From NCBI GenBank assembly GCA_963675755.2, contig CAXXMD010000003.1, positions 2,912,001-2,976,000 on the forward strand: a stretch of 64,000 nt of DNA, given 5' to 3'. The notes under the pieces are model-generated. The model worked only from the letters and a program-made list of their open reading frames with translations, was not told where the DNA came from and made no database searches. Positions within the stretch are counted from its first letter, which is position 1; each line of letters starts with the position of its first letter. This DNA is from a bacterium. GTDB lineage: Bacteria; Zhuqueibacterota; Zhuqueibacteria; Residuimicrobiales; Krinioviventaceae. Made by a program: the position numbers and the translations under genes. Below, piece after piece: positions 30,948-41,073 of the stretch.

Positions 30948-31805
30948 TTATTCCAGATATTTGCGCAGTAACTTGCTTCTGGAGACATGCCTGAGGCGTT
31001 TTAAGGCTTTTTCTTTGATTTGCCGGACTCTTTCACGGGTGAGATTGAATTTTTCACCAATTTCTTCCAGCGTAAAAGAATTTTCATAGCCTATGCCAAA
31101 ATAGAGTCGTATAACTTCTGCTTCACGTTTGTTTAACGTATCCAAAGCCCGTTCTATTTCAATCATCAGGCTTTCTGAGATTAATAATTTGTCTGGAGAG
31201 GGGAGGTCCTTGTTTTCCAGGAGATCGATAAGTCGATTGTCTTCTTCAAGATTGAGTGGTGCATCAAGTGAAAGATATGCACCGGGAGAATTGAGTGCGT
31301 CAAGCACTTCATTCGGTTTTAGATTTAATTCTTTGGCAATTTCATTGGCAGAAGGTTCGCGTTCAAATTCCTGCTCCAAAACCGTAAAGATTTTTTCGAT
31401 TTTGTTCAATACACCGATTCTGTTCAAGGGAAGTCTAACAATACGGGCTTGTTCGGCAAGTGCCTGCAGAATGGATTGGCGGATCCACCATACCGCGTAA
31501 GAAATGAATTTGAAACCACGGGTTTCATCGAATCTGCCGGCAGCTTTGAGCAGACCAAGATTACCGGCATTAATCAGATCGCCCAGGGAGAGGCCCTGGT
31601 TCTGATATTGTTTTGCCACACTTACAACAAAACGAAGATTGGCCTTGGTGAGTTTTTCCAAAGCTTCATGATCTCCGTCTTTGATTCGCTTTGCACACTC
31701 GATCTCTTCGTCCGGAGTCAATAATTTAACCTGACTGATCTCACGAAGATATCTGTCTAGCGAATCTTCCGAATAACTGTTGGATCCTGAACCTTTACCT
31801 GCCAC
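30948..31805 (-). CDS. RpoD/SigA-family sigma70 factor lacking region 1.1 (FCB-type)
   Basis: [36 protein letters not shown]; GTG at 31805 after GGAG. Confidence 0.92.
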   Translation of the reverse strand: MAGKGSGSNSYSEDSLDRYLREISQVKLLTPDEEIECAKRIKDGDHEALEKLTKANLRFVVSVAKQYQNQGLSLGDLINAGNLGLLKAAGRFDETRGFKFISYAVWWIRQSILQALAEQARIVRLPLNRIGVLNKIEKIFTVLEQEFEREPSANEIAKELNLKPNEVLDALNSPGAYLSLDAPLNLEEDNRLIDLLENKDLPSPDKLLISESLMIEIERALDTLNKREAEVIRLYFGIGYENSFTLEEIGEKFNLTRERVRQIKEKALKRLRHVSRSKLLRKYLE

Positions 31806-31850
31806 GATAGAACTCCATTCGCCAGGGACAAATCGTACCAACGTTTTTTC

Positions 31851-31878
31851 AATTTAGTAAAAAAAACTTTAATGTCAA
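31851..31878 (-). promoter_or_regulatory. Possible sigma70 promoter of the sigma gene
   Basis: TTGACA-16nt-TAAATT on the - strand. Confidence 0.45.
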
Positions 31879-32010
31879 TAAAAAGAATTTGTATTTCTTA
31901 AATAAAAACAGGAACTTTTAATTGTATATTTCAATTAAATATTTAAAAAAGTACTTGATTTTTTTAGGTAATTTGTTGATATTTACCTGATAGCTGTAAT
32001 AAAGGAAAAT

Positions 32011-32424
32011 ATGCAAAACAAATTAATTACATTTATTTTAATCTCCTTGATTGTAACCACTGTGGGAATGGGTGGAGTTGTTGTTAAAGAATTCCGTGCA
32101 GAGCCAGGCCTCAATAAAGTTGAAGTAAAATGGCGTGTTGGTGCAGAAACCGGAGTAAAAGGTTATAATTTATACCGAAGTCTTGATGGTGTCTCTTTTA
32201 CAAAATTATCTTTTATCATGTGCAAAAGTTCTTCTGAAGACGAAATTACCTATACTTTTACTGATAATTCCGTTTTTAAAGCTGATGACAGAGTCTATTA
32301 TTATAAACTCGAGTTTGTAAATAATGACAATTCAACTTCTGCTTATGAAGAGATCATCCAAAGTACACCACAAATTTCATCTGCACGACATACTTGGGGA
32401 AGCATTAAGGCAATGTTCAGATAA
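32011..32424 (+). CDS. Small secreted Ig/Fn3-like protein with C-terminal TWGSIKAMFR motif
   Basis: Signal peptide; V.W...E....GYNLYRS.DG..F...YTFTD...YYYKL pattern; SD AAGGA. Confidence 0.7.
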   Translation: MQNKLITFILISLIVTTVGMGGVVVKEFRAEPGLNKVEVKWRVGAETGVKGYNLYRSLDGVSFTKLSFIMCKSSSEDEITYTFTDNSVFKADDRVYYYKLEFVNNDNSTSAYEEIIQSTPQISSARHTWGSIKAMFR

Positions 32425-32429
32425 CAGCC

Positions 32430-33416
32430 TTAATCTTTAATAAATCTCAATTCCTGCAATCTGTTTGATAAATTTTCAAATTTAAGGTAAAGTTTGTCTG
32501 AACTGTTTTTTGCATTATTAATATGTGTTGATAATGTAGATAAATCCGTACGTATTGTATTGACTTGATTTTCAAGTGTGTAAATGGATTGTAATACTTT
32601 TTGTGCGGTTTCTTCTATCTTTTGGCCTTCAAGCCCCATTAAAATAATTCTCAGAAAATAATAAAACTGATTGGGTGAGCTGGGCATTATTTTTTTGTCC
32701 TGAGCATATTTAATCAGTTCTTCATTGACAGCCAGTTGATAATAGATGGATTCTGAAGGAATGTACAATATAGCAAAATCTAGTGTGCCTTCACCGGGTT
32801 TGATATATTTTTTAGCTATAGTATCAATATGACGTTTAACATCTCTGTTAAATTCTTTTCGATAGGCGGATTTTTGCTGCTCATCAGTTGCTTTTTCTGC
32901 CTTTAAATAGTTTTCCATTGGGAATTTTGCATCAATAGGGATCATTCCTTTTTGCAGCAATACCACTGCGTCTACAGTATCACCAGACTGAAACCGGTAT
33001 TGCAGCTTTACATTCGTTTTGGGTAATATTTGATATAGCAGGTCCGTAAGCAGCTGCTCACCCAAAATTCCACGAAGTTTGGGTGTACGAAACAGTTGTT
33101 GGAAATCTCGCATTTGTTGCCCAATCTCGTGCACTTTGCCGAGATCATGATTTAGCAGCCTTAGCAATTGGGCCGTATTGTCCAGTCGGTTATTAATGGA
33201 TTCGTTGTTGGTGTGGAGCTGTCTGTTGATCCTGTCCGATGTATGACTAATGTCATCGCTGATTTCTCTTAGCCACGTACTAAATAGTTGTGAAGGATTT
33301 TCTTTATCTGCAAGTAATCGCTCGAACCGTTTTTCCTGCCAGAACATAATTAGTACAATCAGCAAGATGAAAATGAGAGGGAATATATAAAGTATGGTAG
33401 TTGGTATGGTTGTCAT
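32430..33416 (-). CDS. rmuC: DNA recombination protein RmuC
   Basis: N-terminal TM and coiled coil; RGILGE, IDAKFP, TLDFAILYIPSE. Confidence 0.92.
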   Translation of the reverse strand: MTTIPTTILYIFPLIFILLIVLIMFWQEKRFERLLADKENPSQLFSTWLREISDDISHTSDRINRQLHTNNESINNRLDNTAQLLRLLNHDLGKVHEIGQQMRDFQQLFRTPKLRGILGEQLLTDLLYQILPKTNVKLQYRFQSGDTVDAVVLLQKGMIPIDAKFPMENYLKAEKATDEQQKSAYRKEFNRDVKRHIDTIAKKYIKPGEGTLDFAILYIPSESIYYQLAVNEELIKYAQDKKIMPSSPNQFYYFLRIILMGLEGQKIEETAQKVLQSIYTLENQVNTIRTDLSTLSTHINNAKNSSDKLYLKFENLSNRLQELRFIKD

Positions 33417-33417
33417 A

Positions 33418-34980
33418 TTATAATTCTATATTTATAGTTGTGCCTTTGTCTTTTTCACTCTCTATAATAAATTTACCGCCATGTTCAGAGATAATACGGT
33501 TTACAATGAAAAGGCCTAATCCTGAACCTTCTTTTTTAGTCGTGTAATAAGGCTTTAATATTTTTTTCAACAAGGATTTTTCTATACCTGTACCCTGGTC
33601 CTGAATGGTTATACGAACTGAAAGCTCAACAGACTCTGGATTTGTCAATACAACGCGAATAGGCAATTTTTCTGGAGAGGCTTCAATTGCATTTTTCAAT
33701 AAATTGTTTATTGCGCGTCTTATCTGCTCCCTGTCCAGGTGCAGTGTATGGGTTGTTGCATTGTTTTCGAAATGTATGGGATAATTCTGGTATAATGCGA
33801 TGCAGTCTCTGATCAATTCATCGATATTTTCTTTTTTCAATTCCAGTTGTGGCATTCTGGCAAACTCGGAAAAGGATGAGGCCAGTCTTCTCATGGAGGC
33901 TATTTCTTCCTCTATAATGCGTACGGATGCAATCATATCCGGGTAGCCTTCACTGCCTTCCGGGATTGCGGTTTTAAGCCGGTACAGAGAAAGTTCTATT
34001 GGCGTTAATGGATTTTTAATCTCGTGAGATATCTGTCTTGCTACGTCTCGCCAGGCTGCGGCGCGTTCTGCTTTTTTTAGATTTTCGCGACTGATTTGCA
34101 ATTCACTTGTCATTTTGTTAAAGGATTCGATTAAAAATCCGATTTCATCTTTGGCTTTAATATTTACCCGATGATCCAGATCTCCTTCACCTACCTGTTC
34201 CATGCCTTTTGCAAGTCCCAGAATGGGTTCGCTGATTCCACCCGATATAGCTTTTGCAAGCTGAAAGGATATGAGCGCCAGAATGATCATGAGCCCCAGT
34301 GCAAGAAACCAGACAAGATGGTTTTGTACTACCATGTCTCTGAAAAAAGTGAATGACGTATAATTTTTCAACAGTTGATTGATCTGTTGAATGGATACCA
34401 GGGTATTAGCGTCTATTTTGTATCCAATGAAAAAAATGGTTGAATCCGGTAAGGGATTATAACTTTCAAAATAATTGATCTCTTTGAATTCTACAATTCG
34501 TGATGTTGCAGATCTTGAGCGTGTTGATGCTTTGGCTATTGTTGTGCTATGAGCGAGGGGGATATTCATTTGAGGATTGTTTGATAAAAATTGATTTAAT
34601 ACTAATCCTGAATCTGATGTTGAATACCTTCCCATATACTCTATTTGGTTTTGGGCCAGAATATCCTGATTTATCTCTAAAAGTTTAGTATGTGATTGAA
34701 AAAAAGTATTTCCTTTTTGCTCCAGATTTTCCCTGAGAATTTCAAGCGACCGATTCAATGCCTGATCTATTTCTGGTGGGGCAATCAGATTCGAACTGTT
34801 GATGATGAGAGAACTGAATAGAAAAAGCAAAGGAACGATGGGTAAAAGCATGAATAAAAAGAAATAAACAGCCAGCCTTGCCTGAAATTTGGATTTTTTA
34901 CGAGTTTTAATAAAAGCCCGTGTACTGTAAACTAAAAAAGTTACCAGCAGTAAAGTTATCCATATGAAAATACTGTTCAT
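33418..34980 (-). CDS. HAMP-domain sensor histidine kinase (NtrY-like)
   Basis: HAMP DEIGFLIESFNKM, AAWRDVARQISHEIKNPLTPI, DQGTG, GSGLGL. Confidence 0.9.
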   Translation of the reverse strand: MNSIFIWITLLLVTFLVYSTRAFIKTRKKSKFQARLAVYFFLFMLLPIVPLLFLFSSLIINSSNLIAPPEIDQALNRSLEILRENLEQKGNTFFQSHTKLLEINQDILAQNQIEYMGRYSTSDSGLVLNQFLSNNPQMNIPLAHSTTIAKASTRSRSATSRIVEFKEINYFESYNPLPDSTIFFIGYKIDANTLVSIQQINQLLKNYTSFTFFRDMVVQNHLVWFLALGLMIILALISFQLAKAISGGISEPILGLAKGMEQVGEGDLDHRVNIKAKDEIGFLIESFNKMTSELQISRENLKKAERAAAWRDVARQISHEIKNPLTPIELSLYRLKTAIPEGSEGYPDMIASVRIIEEEIASMRRLASSFSEFARMPQLELKKENIDELIRDCIALYQNYPIHFENNATTHTLHLDREQIRRAINNLLKNAIEASPEKLPIRVVLTNPESVELSVRITIQDQGTGIEKSLLKKILKPYYTTKKEGSGLGLFIVNRIISEHGGKFIIESEKDKGTTINIEL

Positions 34981-35001
34981 AGGGGAGCTGCCTTTTGTGG
35001 A

Positions 35002-35907
35002 TTAACCACCAATACGTTTACGTTTGATCAGGTATTGCATTAAAGCGATGTCAAATGACTCATGTGTGTCCATTAACGCGTAATCAATCTGATTGGCTAA
35101 ACACTGGTCTTTATAGGTTTTTAAAAAATCTGCCATTAGTGCTTGATAATCTTCACGTATATGCCAGGGCTGTGTTGCCATTTTTTCCCCGGTTTCCATA
35201 TCTTCAAAGGTAGTATTGTGTTTGAACTGAAATGAGCGTTCCATGGGATCCAGAATTTGAAAGACAATCACTTCGTGCTTTTTGTGTCTGAAATGTTTTA
35301 AGCCCGAGAGTACCCGTTCAGGATTGTCAAGCATGTCTGATAAAATTATGATTAATCCCCGGCGTTGAATACGTTCTGCAAGTTGATGAAAGGTCTCGGA
35401 AAGATTGGTTTCTTTACCGGTTTGTGTTGTTTGCAATTGTTCCAGAATAACATTCAAATATGTATGGACCGAACGGGGGGGAACATAACTTTTAATTCCT
35501 TCATCAAAGGTAACCAGGCCTACAGAATCTCTTTGTTTTAACATCAGATACGTTAGAGAGGCGGCAAGGTAAGAAGCATATTGAAATTTGGTGATCTTTT
35601 GAGATGTATATGCCATGGATGCGGATGCATCCAGTAAAATATATGCTTTAAGATTGGTCTCTTCTTCAAATTGTTTTACATAATATCTGTCGGTTTTGCC
35701 GTATACTTTCCAGTCCACATGGCGGATATCATCCCCCGGCATGTATTGACGATGTTCTGCAAATTCAACGCTGAATCCATGATACGGACTCTTGTGTAGA
35801 CCGGTCATAAAGCCTTCAACAACCAGGCGTGCGATAAGGTTCATGTTCCCAAGGCGAGACACTGCTTCAGGATTAAGATAGTTGATGGTTTGTTGGTTCT
35901 GGGCCAT
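35002..35907 (-). CDS. DUF58 (vWA-like) protein
   Basis: GLHKSPYHGFSVEFAEHRQY..GDD..DWK, DASASM. Confidence 0.92.
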   Translation of the reverse strand: MAQNQQTINYLNPEAVSRLGNMNLIARLVVEGFMTGLHKSPYHGFSVEFAEHRQYMPGDDIRHVDWKVYGKTDRYYVKQFEEETNLKAYILLDASASMAYTSQKITKFQYASYLAASLTYLMLKQRDSVGLVTFDEGIKSYVPPRSVHTYLNVILEQLQTTQTGKETNLSETFHQLAERIQRRGLIIILSDMLDNPERVLSGLKHFRHKKHEVIVFQILDPMERSFQFKHNTTFEDMETGEKMATQPWHIREDYQALMADFLKTYKDQCLANQIDYALMDTHESFDIALMQYLIKRKRIGG

Positions 35908-35910
35908 ATA

Positions 35911-36912
35911 TTATATCTGCTGTAAGAGTTTATCAATTACATCTGTTGAAGAAATTCCTTCAGCTTCGGCGTTAAAAGTGGTAACCAGCCTGTGTCGCAA
36001 CACCGGTTTGGCAACTGCTTTTACATCTTCAATATCAGGGGTTGGGCGTCCGTCAAGAACCGCACGTGTTTTTGCACCCAATACCAGAAATTGAGACGCG
36101 CGCGGACCGGCTCCCCAGTTGATCCATTCTTTGATAAATTTGGGGGCTTCGTCACTTTTGGGGCGTGTCTGTCTGGACAGTTTAACCGCAAAGCTGACCA
36201 CATTGTCTGCTACCGGTACACGTCTGACCAATGCCTGTAATTGAGTAATATCCTGTGCGTTGAGAACGATATTCAGTTCCGGGGTGTAACCACTGGTTGT
36301 AGAGTGGACTATTTGTTCTTCTTCTTTCAATGTAGGATAATCAACCCAGAGATTGAACATGAAGCGGTCAAGTTGTGCTTCAGGCAGGGGGTATGTACCT
36401 TCCTGTTCAATGGGGTTTTGAGTTGCCAGCACGAAAAAAGGCTCATCCAGTTTCAAAGTTTCACCTGCCGCACTTACTTCGTGTTCCTGCATGGCTTGCA
36501 GCAAAGCTGACTGGGTTTTGGGAGGAGTTCGGTTGATCTCGTCTGCCAAAACAATGTTTGCAAAAACAGGGCCTTTAACAAACTTGAAGGTTTTATGGCC
36601 GGTTGTCATGTCTTCTTCAATTACTTCAGTACCGGTAATATCTGATGGCATTAAATCCGGAGTAAATTGAATGCGGCTGAATTTTAAATCCAGTACTTGT
36701 GATAGTGTACTGATCAATAAAGTTTTTGCCAGACCGGGCACACCCACCAAAAGGCAATGGCCGCGAGATAACAATGAAATAAGCATTTCATCTATGATCT
36801 GGTTTTGCCCAATAATTACTTTGCCAATTTCATTAACAATATCATCATGAGATTTTTTTAACGCTTTAACAATTTCAACATCATCATTATGATTAAAAGA
36901 CGGTTTCTGCAT
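35911..36912 (-). CDS. moxR: MoxR-family AAA+ ATPase
   Basis: GVPGLAKT, RIQFTPDLMPSD, LADEINR, ATQNPIEQEGTYPLPEAQLDRF. Confidence 0.95.
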   Translation of the reverse strand: MQKPSFNHNDDVEIVKALKKSHDDIVNEIGKVIIGQNQIIDEMLISLLSRGHCLLVGVPGLAKTLLISTLSQVLDLKFSRIQFTPDLMPSDITGTEVIEEDMTTGHKTFKFVKGPVFANIVLADEINRTPPKTQSALLQAMQEHEVSAAGETLKLDEPFFVLATQNPIEQEGTYPLPEAQLDRFMFNLWVDYPTLKEEEQIVHSTTSGYTPELNIVLNAQDITQLQALVRRVPVADNVVSFAVKLSRQTRPKSDEAPKFIKEWINWGAGPRASQFLVLGAKTRAVLDGRPTPDIEDVKAVAKPVLRHRLVTTFNAEAEGISSTDVIDKLLQQI

Positions 36913-36984
36913 TACGCCTCCGGATAGTCTTGATCACTTTATATTATAGTCATGTAACTATAGTCTTTACTTGTAGTTCCATAC

Positions 36985-37013
36985 AAATTATCGATTTTTT
37001 CGCCCAAAGTCAA
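36985..37013 (-). promoter_or_regulatory. Sigma70 promoter of the moxR operon
   Basis: TTGACT-17nt-TAATTT on the - strand. Confidence 0.5.
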
Positions 37014-37091
37014 TGATGTAATAAATGTATAATATTTTTCATGAATTAAACTTTTTCTTGTAGCAGTAGCATAAAAACAGTAAATTCAGGT

Positions 37092-38126
37092 ATGGAAAAT
37101 ACAAATTTAACAGGCATGTCTCTGCACGAACTTGAACGTTTTGCAGAATCTCTTGGAGAGAAAAAATTTAGGGGACGCCAACTGTTCAGTTGGATATATG
37201 AAAAAAGGGCCAATTCATTTTCTGAAATGACCAATCTGGCCAAACCATTGCGGGAAAAATTGGAGCGCGATGCGGCTGTTGGGCATTTAGAGTTGGTAGA
37301 AAAAACAGAATCTAAACACACCGGAACACACAAGTTTTTGTTCAGGCTCAGAGATGAGCATCTTGTAGAGAGTGTATATATTCCCGATGAAGATAGGCGG
37401 ACTTTGTGTATATCTTCTCAGGTTGGGTGTGCTTTAAATTGTGCCTTTTGTGCAACTGCAAAATTAAAATTCAAACGAAATCTTGATGCCGGAGAAATAG
37501 TAGATCAGGTATTGTTTGTTGAGCGGGATCTTGGAATTGAATTGACCAATATAGTGTTTATGGGAATGGGTGAGCCGTTTATGAATTATGAAAATGTTAT
37601 ACGTGCCGCCCATTTGATCAATCACCCCGATGGTATTGGTATTGGTACCAGACATATTGTGATCTCTACAGCAGGAGTTGTTAAAAATATTTATCGCTAT
37701 GCGGATGAAGGTCACAAGTATCGACTTGCGGTTTCTCTCAATTCTCCATATGATGATGAACGGCAGTCTATTATGCCTGTTGCAAAAAAATGGAATATGG
37801 AAGAACTGATTAACGCGGTTCGATACTATACCAAACGTTCAAAACAAATACTGACCTTTGAATATGTTTTGTTTGACGGATTAAATGATACCCCGGAACA
37901 CGCAACTGCTTTGAAAAAACTGGTTTCGCCATTAAATTGTAAATTAAATTTAATCCCTTATAATTCTGTACTGGACCAATTTAAACGGCCTTCTGCAAAA
38001 CGTATGGAACTCTTTATGCAGCAATTACACCCCCTGAATGCACCTGTATCTGTAAGATGGAGCAAAGGGGATGATATTAATGCAGCATGCGGGCAGTTGG
38101 CAGGAAAATATAAAAAATCCGGCTAG
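37092..38126 (+). CDS. rlmN: 23S rRNA m2A2503 radical-SAM methyltransferase
   Basis: CISSQVGCALNCAFC, MGMGEP, AACGQL. Confidence 0.97.
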   Translation: MENTNLTGMSLHELERFAESLGEKKFRGRQLFSWIYEKRANSFSEMTNLAKPLREKLERDAAVGHLELVEKTESKHTGTHKFLFRLRDEHLVESVYIPDEDRRTLCISSQVGCALNCAFCATAKLKFKRNLDAGEIVDQVLFVERDLGIELTNIVFMGMGEPFMNYENVIRAAHLINHPDGIGIGTRHIVISTAGVVKNIYRYADEGHKYRLAVSLNSPYDDERQSIMPVAKKWNMEELINAVRYYTKRSKQILTFEYVLFDGLNDTPEHATALKKLVSPLNCKLNLIPYNSVLDQFKRPSAKRMELFMQQLHPLNAPVSVRWSKGDDINAACGQLAGKYKKSG

Positions 38127-38145
38127 TATTTACAAAGGGGCCATT

Positions 38146-38646
38146 ATGGAAAGATCCAGAAAAAAACTCGTTATTGGGGTAATGGGGGGAGGCCATATTT
38201 CAAAGAGTAACTTTGAAATGGCAAGAGAACTTGGCGGCCTGATTGCGGAAAATGGATGGATTTTACTGAATGGCGGACGAGATGCGGGAATCATGAGGGC
38301 TTCGGCTGAAGGGGCAAAAAGCAAAGGCGGCATGACTATTGGTATTTTGCCCGGTACCAGCAAAGAACAAAGTAATCCTTATATCGATATTCCAATTATT
38401 ACCGGTATGTCTGACGCGCGTAACCTGATTAATGTCTTGAGTAGTGATATTATTGTAGCTTGTCCGGGGTCAGCGGGGACTATATCTGAAGTTGCGCTTG
38501 CACTGAAAAACGGAAAACATGTAATTTTGTTGCAATTTGATTTACGAAATACATTTCCGGAATTTGTTTCCAATGGCTTGTTAACCTATGCGGGCTCACC
38601 ACATGAATGCATATATCTGATCCATAGTTTACACGAAAAAGTTTAG
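38146..38646 (+). CDS. TIGR00725-type Rossmann-fold protein (LOG/SLOG family)
   Basis: IGVMGG, NGG..GIM, TGMSDARN, GTISEVALA. Confidence 0.85.
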   Translation: MERSRKKLVIGVMGGGHISKSNFEMARELGGLIAENGWILLNGGRDAGIMRASAEGAKSKGGMTIGILPGTSKEQSNPYIDIPIITGMSDARNLINVLSSDIIVACPGSAGTISEVALALKNGKHVILLQFDLRNTFPEFVSNGLLTYAGSPHECIYLIHSLHEKV

Positions 38647-38708
38647 CTTTATACTATTGGCTAATGTAAATTTTTTATAAATACATAAACCACGATATTA
38701 AAAAGAGG

Positions 38709-39590
38709 ATGAGGCAAATGAAACGGGCTTTTAGTATTTTTTTGTTTTTGGCTTTTATTTTTTTCATGTCATGTTCCGGTGCATTATCAGGATTCCGTTC
38801 CAGCTCTACAAAGAAAATTAGTAAAGCACCCTACTACACCGGAAGTGCCAAAACGCTTGAAGGGACAATTGGGCATTTCCCCGTTGAAATGGATGTTCGG
38901 TTATACAATGATTTTTTTGAAAATAATCGGCGAGATGAGCTCACTCCCGTCATCAATGCAATGAACGAATATGTCGATTCGTTTAATGTAAGCAAGCCCC
39001 TGATTTACATTGATCTTGATCCTGACAAGGCTCCGGATATCTATGTTGGAAACCGTAATGCGTTCAATTCCCCTGCACCCGGTTCCGATCTTGGTGATAT
39101 CTCTGAAACGCAGGAAATGGTTATTTATCAACAAGACCCATCTAAAGCCTGGAAAGACAGTCTGCTTGCTGTTTCCGCTAAAGAGAATGTTGAGAATTTT
39201 ATTTATATCACTATCGGATTCAGCGAGTATTTTTTGCGTATGAAAAATTTGTTAGGGAAAAAAGAATTACAGATTGGTACCGGTTATACCCAGGCCGCTC
39301 CATGGTTAAGCGATTTAGATACTCCCGCAGAAGTATTGCATGTTACCGGAGTATTGCTGGATAAAAATGGCAAGATTTTACGCTGTGGTTCAGAAGGTAT
39401 CATTGCAAAGCAAACCGGATTCTGGTCTTCTGTTTTTGATTTACAAGATATGATTGATGAAGCTGAACTGAAAAATGTGCTGGAAAACGAGAAACGCCAG
39501 GACCTTGATGGAGAACCACTGGCCTGGCAGGTAGCACTCAATAATTTGGTGGCACAATTACTTGAAAAAGAAGATATGATTATTCAATAA
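38709..39590 (+). CDS. Hypothetical lipoprotein
   Basis: Basic N-terminus, hydrophobic core, lipobox-like FMS-C. Confidence 0.65.
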   Translation: MRQMKRAFSIFLFLAFIFFMSCSGALSGFRSSSTKKISKAPYYTGSAKTLEGTIGHFPVEMDVRLYNDFFENNRRDELTPVINAMNEYVDSFNVSKPLIYIDLDPDKAPDIYVGNRNAFNSPAPGSDLGDISETQEMVIYQQDPSKAWKDSLLAVSAKENVENFIYITIGFSEYFLRMKNLLGKKELQIGTGYTQAAPWLSDLDTPAEVLHVTGVLLDKNGKILRCGSEGIIAKQTGFWSSVFDLQDMIDEAELKNVLENEKRQDLDGEPLAWQVALNNLVAQLLEKEDMIIQ

Positions 39591-39599
39591 ACTGATTTT

Positions 39600-40136
39600 T
39601 TATTTAAGTACTTTGAATAAAATTCCTGCAAGGAAAAAGGCAAATACACCGCCAATAACAGCGGTAATAAATTGTGGCAGCGCCATCATTGCCAGAAATT
39701 GAGGGGGAAAGTTTTTTCCAAAAATTAACGGCACAAATGTTTTTGCCGAATAATAGAGAAACAGGAATTTAACAGTTGAACCCGCTAAAAGTCCTATCCA
39801 ATGAGCAGGGGATAAAAGCGGTGTTTTGTTATTCAATTTGGTAGATTTGAATGTTTTGATTATTGTACCAAATATTGAGACCAGCAAAATATTTGCTGCT
39901 ACAATAAAGGGAACCATGGGTAAAAAGATAGGGGGAAGTTGGCCTCTTATTACCGCGGCTAGAGGAGTAATAATTCCCAATATGATACCAGCGGTAACAT
40001 TTAATAATAATGTTGTTAATAACAACATGGTATTCACCAAAGGCCCCGTTACAGGCTGTGGCAGACCAACCATTTCAATTGCTAATGTCAGTGATATAAG
40101 AATTACCAGACGTGTAATCGTTTTTGTACGGTTCAT
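39600..40136 (-). CDS. ECF transporter S component
   Basis: Hydrophobic; QPVTGPLVN, PFI..AN and PQFITAVIG motifs. Confidence 0.75.
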   Translation of the reverse strand: MNRTKTITRLVILISLTLAIEMVGLPQPVTGPLVNTMLLLTTLLLNVTAGIILGIITPLAAVIRGQLPPIFLPMVPFIVAANILLVSIFGTIIKTFKSTKLNNKTPLLSPAHWIGLLAGSTVKFLFLYYSAKTFVPLIFGKNFPPQFLAMMALPQFITAVIGGVFAFFLAGILFKVLK

Positions 40137-40242
40137 AGCTTTTTTCCACTCGTTGTTTTGAAAATAATACTAAAATTCACTCTGAAAAACAAATTTAATT
40201 TTACCTTGATTTCCATTTTAAAAAAAATTATTATATTAAAAC

Positions 40243-41073
40243 GTGAAAGGTACAATACATCTGAATTCCATTTTTATAAATAGACAAAATCATCTTTACC
40301 ATATTCATGTCGGGAGAATTTTCGCGCACAATTTGAATTCACATCGACAACGGCCGGTGTACCCGGGCGTTTCCATGGCGCATAAAGCAACCAGTGTTGG
40401 TACCCTGGGAGCGGTTGTAAAAGATAATGAAACCGGTGAACTTTTATTACTCTCTAATAACCATGTTTTTGCCAATTGTAATCGGGCCAAAATAAGAGAT
40501 GTTATTATTCAACCCTGTAAAGCAGATGGCGGGCTAAAAGAAGCAGATGCATTTGCCAGATTGGAACGATTTGTACCCTTGAAAATTTCCTATTCAACAA
40601 AATTTAACTCTCTCAGATACAAAACCAGTGACTTTATTACGCTATTTATGGGGCTCCGAAATACAGCATCCTTTAAGCAAAAGTATGGGAATCAAGTAGA
40701 TGCCGCTGTTGCCAGGCCCGACAATCAAAGTCAAATATCGCTAAATATTCCGGAGATTGGTTCGGTTAAAGGCGTTGCAGAACCAGTAGAAGGTATGCAG
40801 GTGCAAAAATATGGCAGATCCACAGGACTAACTAGGGGAACTGTCAAATATACTCGAATGGATTTACGCGTTCATTACCCTGATGGTACGTCTGTCTGGT
40901 TTATTGATCAGATTGTAACATCTAAAATGTCTGAATTTGGAGATTCCGGTGCATTGTTGCTGGATATGCAAAACCGCGCTTTGGGTCTGTTGTGCGGCGG
41001 ATCTGAACATGTTTCTGTTTTTAGTCCCATACAAACGGTTCTCGATTTATTGAATATTAGCCTGGTGGTATAA
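40243..41073 (+). CDS. Trypsin-like serine protease (Nal1-like catalytic domain); start uncertain
   Basis: GTLG, SNNHV (His), VDAA (Asp), KYGRSTG, GDSG (Ser). Confidence 0.8.
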   Translation: MKGTIHLNSIFINRQNHLYHIHVGRIFAHNLNSHRQRPVYPGVSMAHKATSVGTLGAVVKDNETGELLLLSNNHVFANCNRAKIRDVIIQPCKADGGLKEADAFARLERFVPLKISYSTKFNSLRYKTSDFITLFMGLRNTASFKQKYGNQVDAAVARPDNQSQISLNIPEIGSVKGVAEPVEGMQVQKYGRSTGLTRGTVKYTRMDLRVHYPDGTSVWFIDQIVTSKMSEFGDSGALLLDMQNRALGLLCGGSEHVSVFSPIQTVLDLLNISLVV

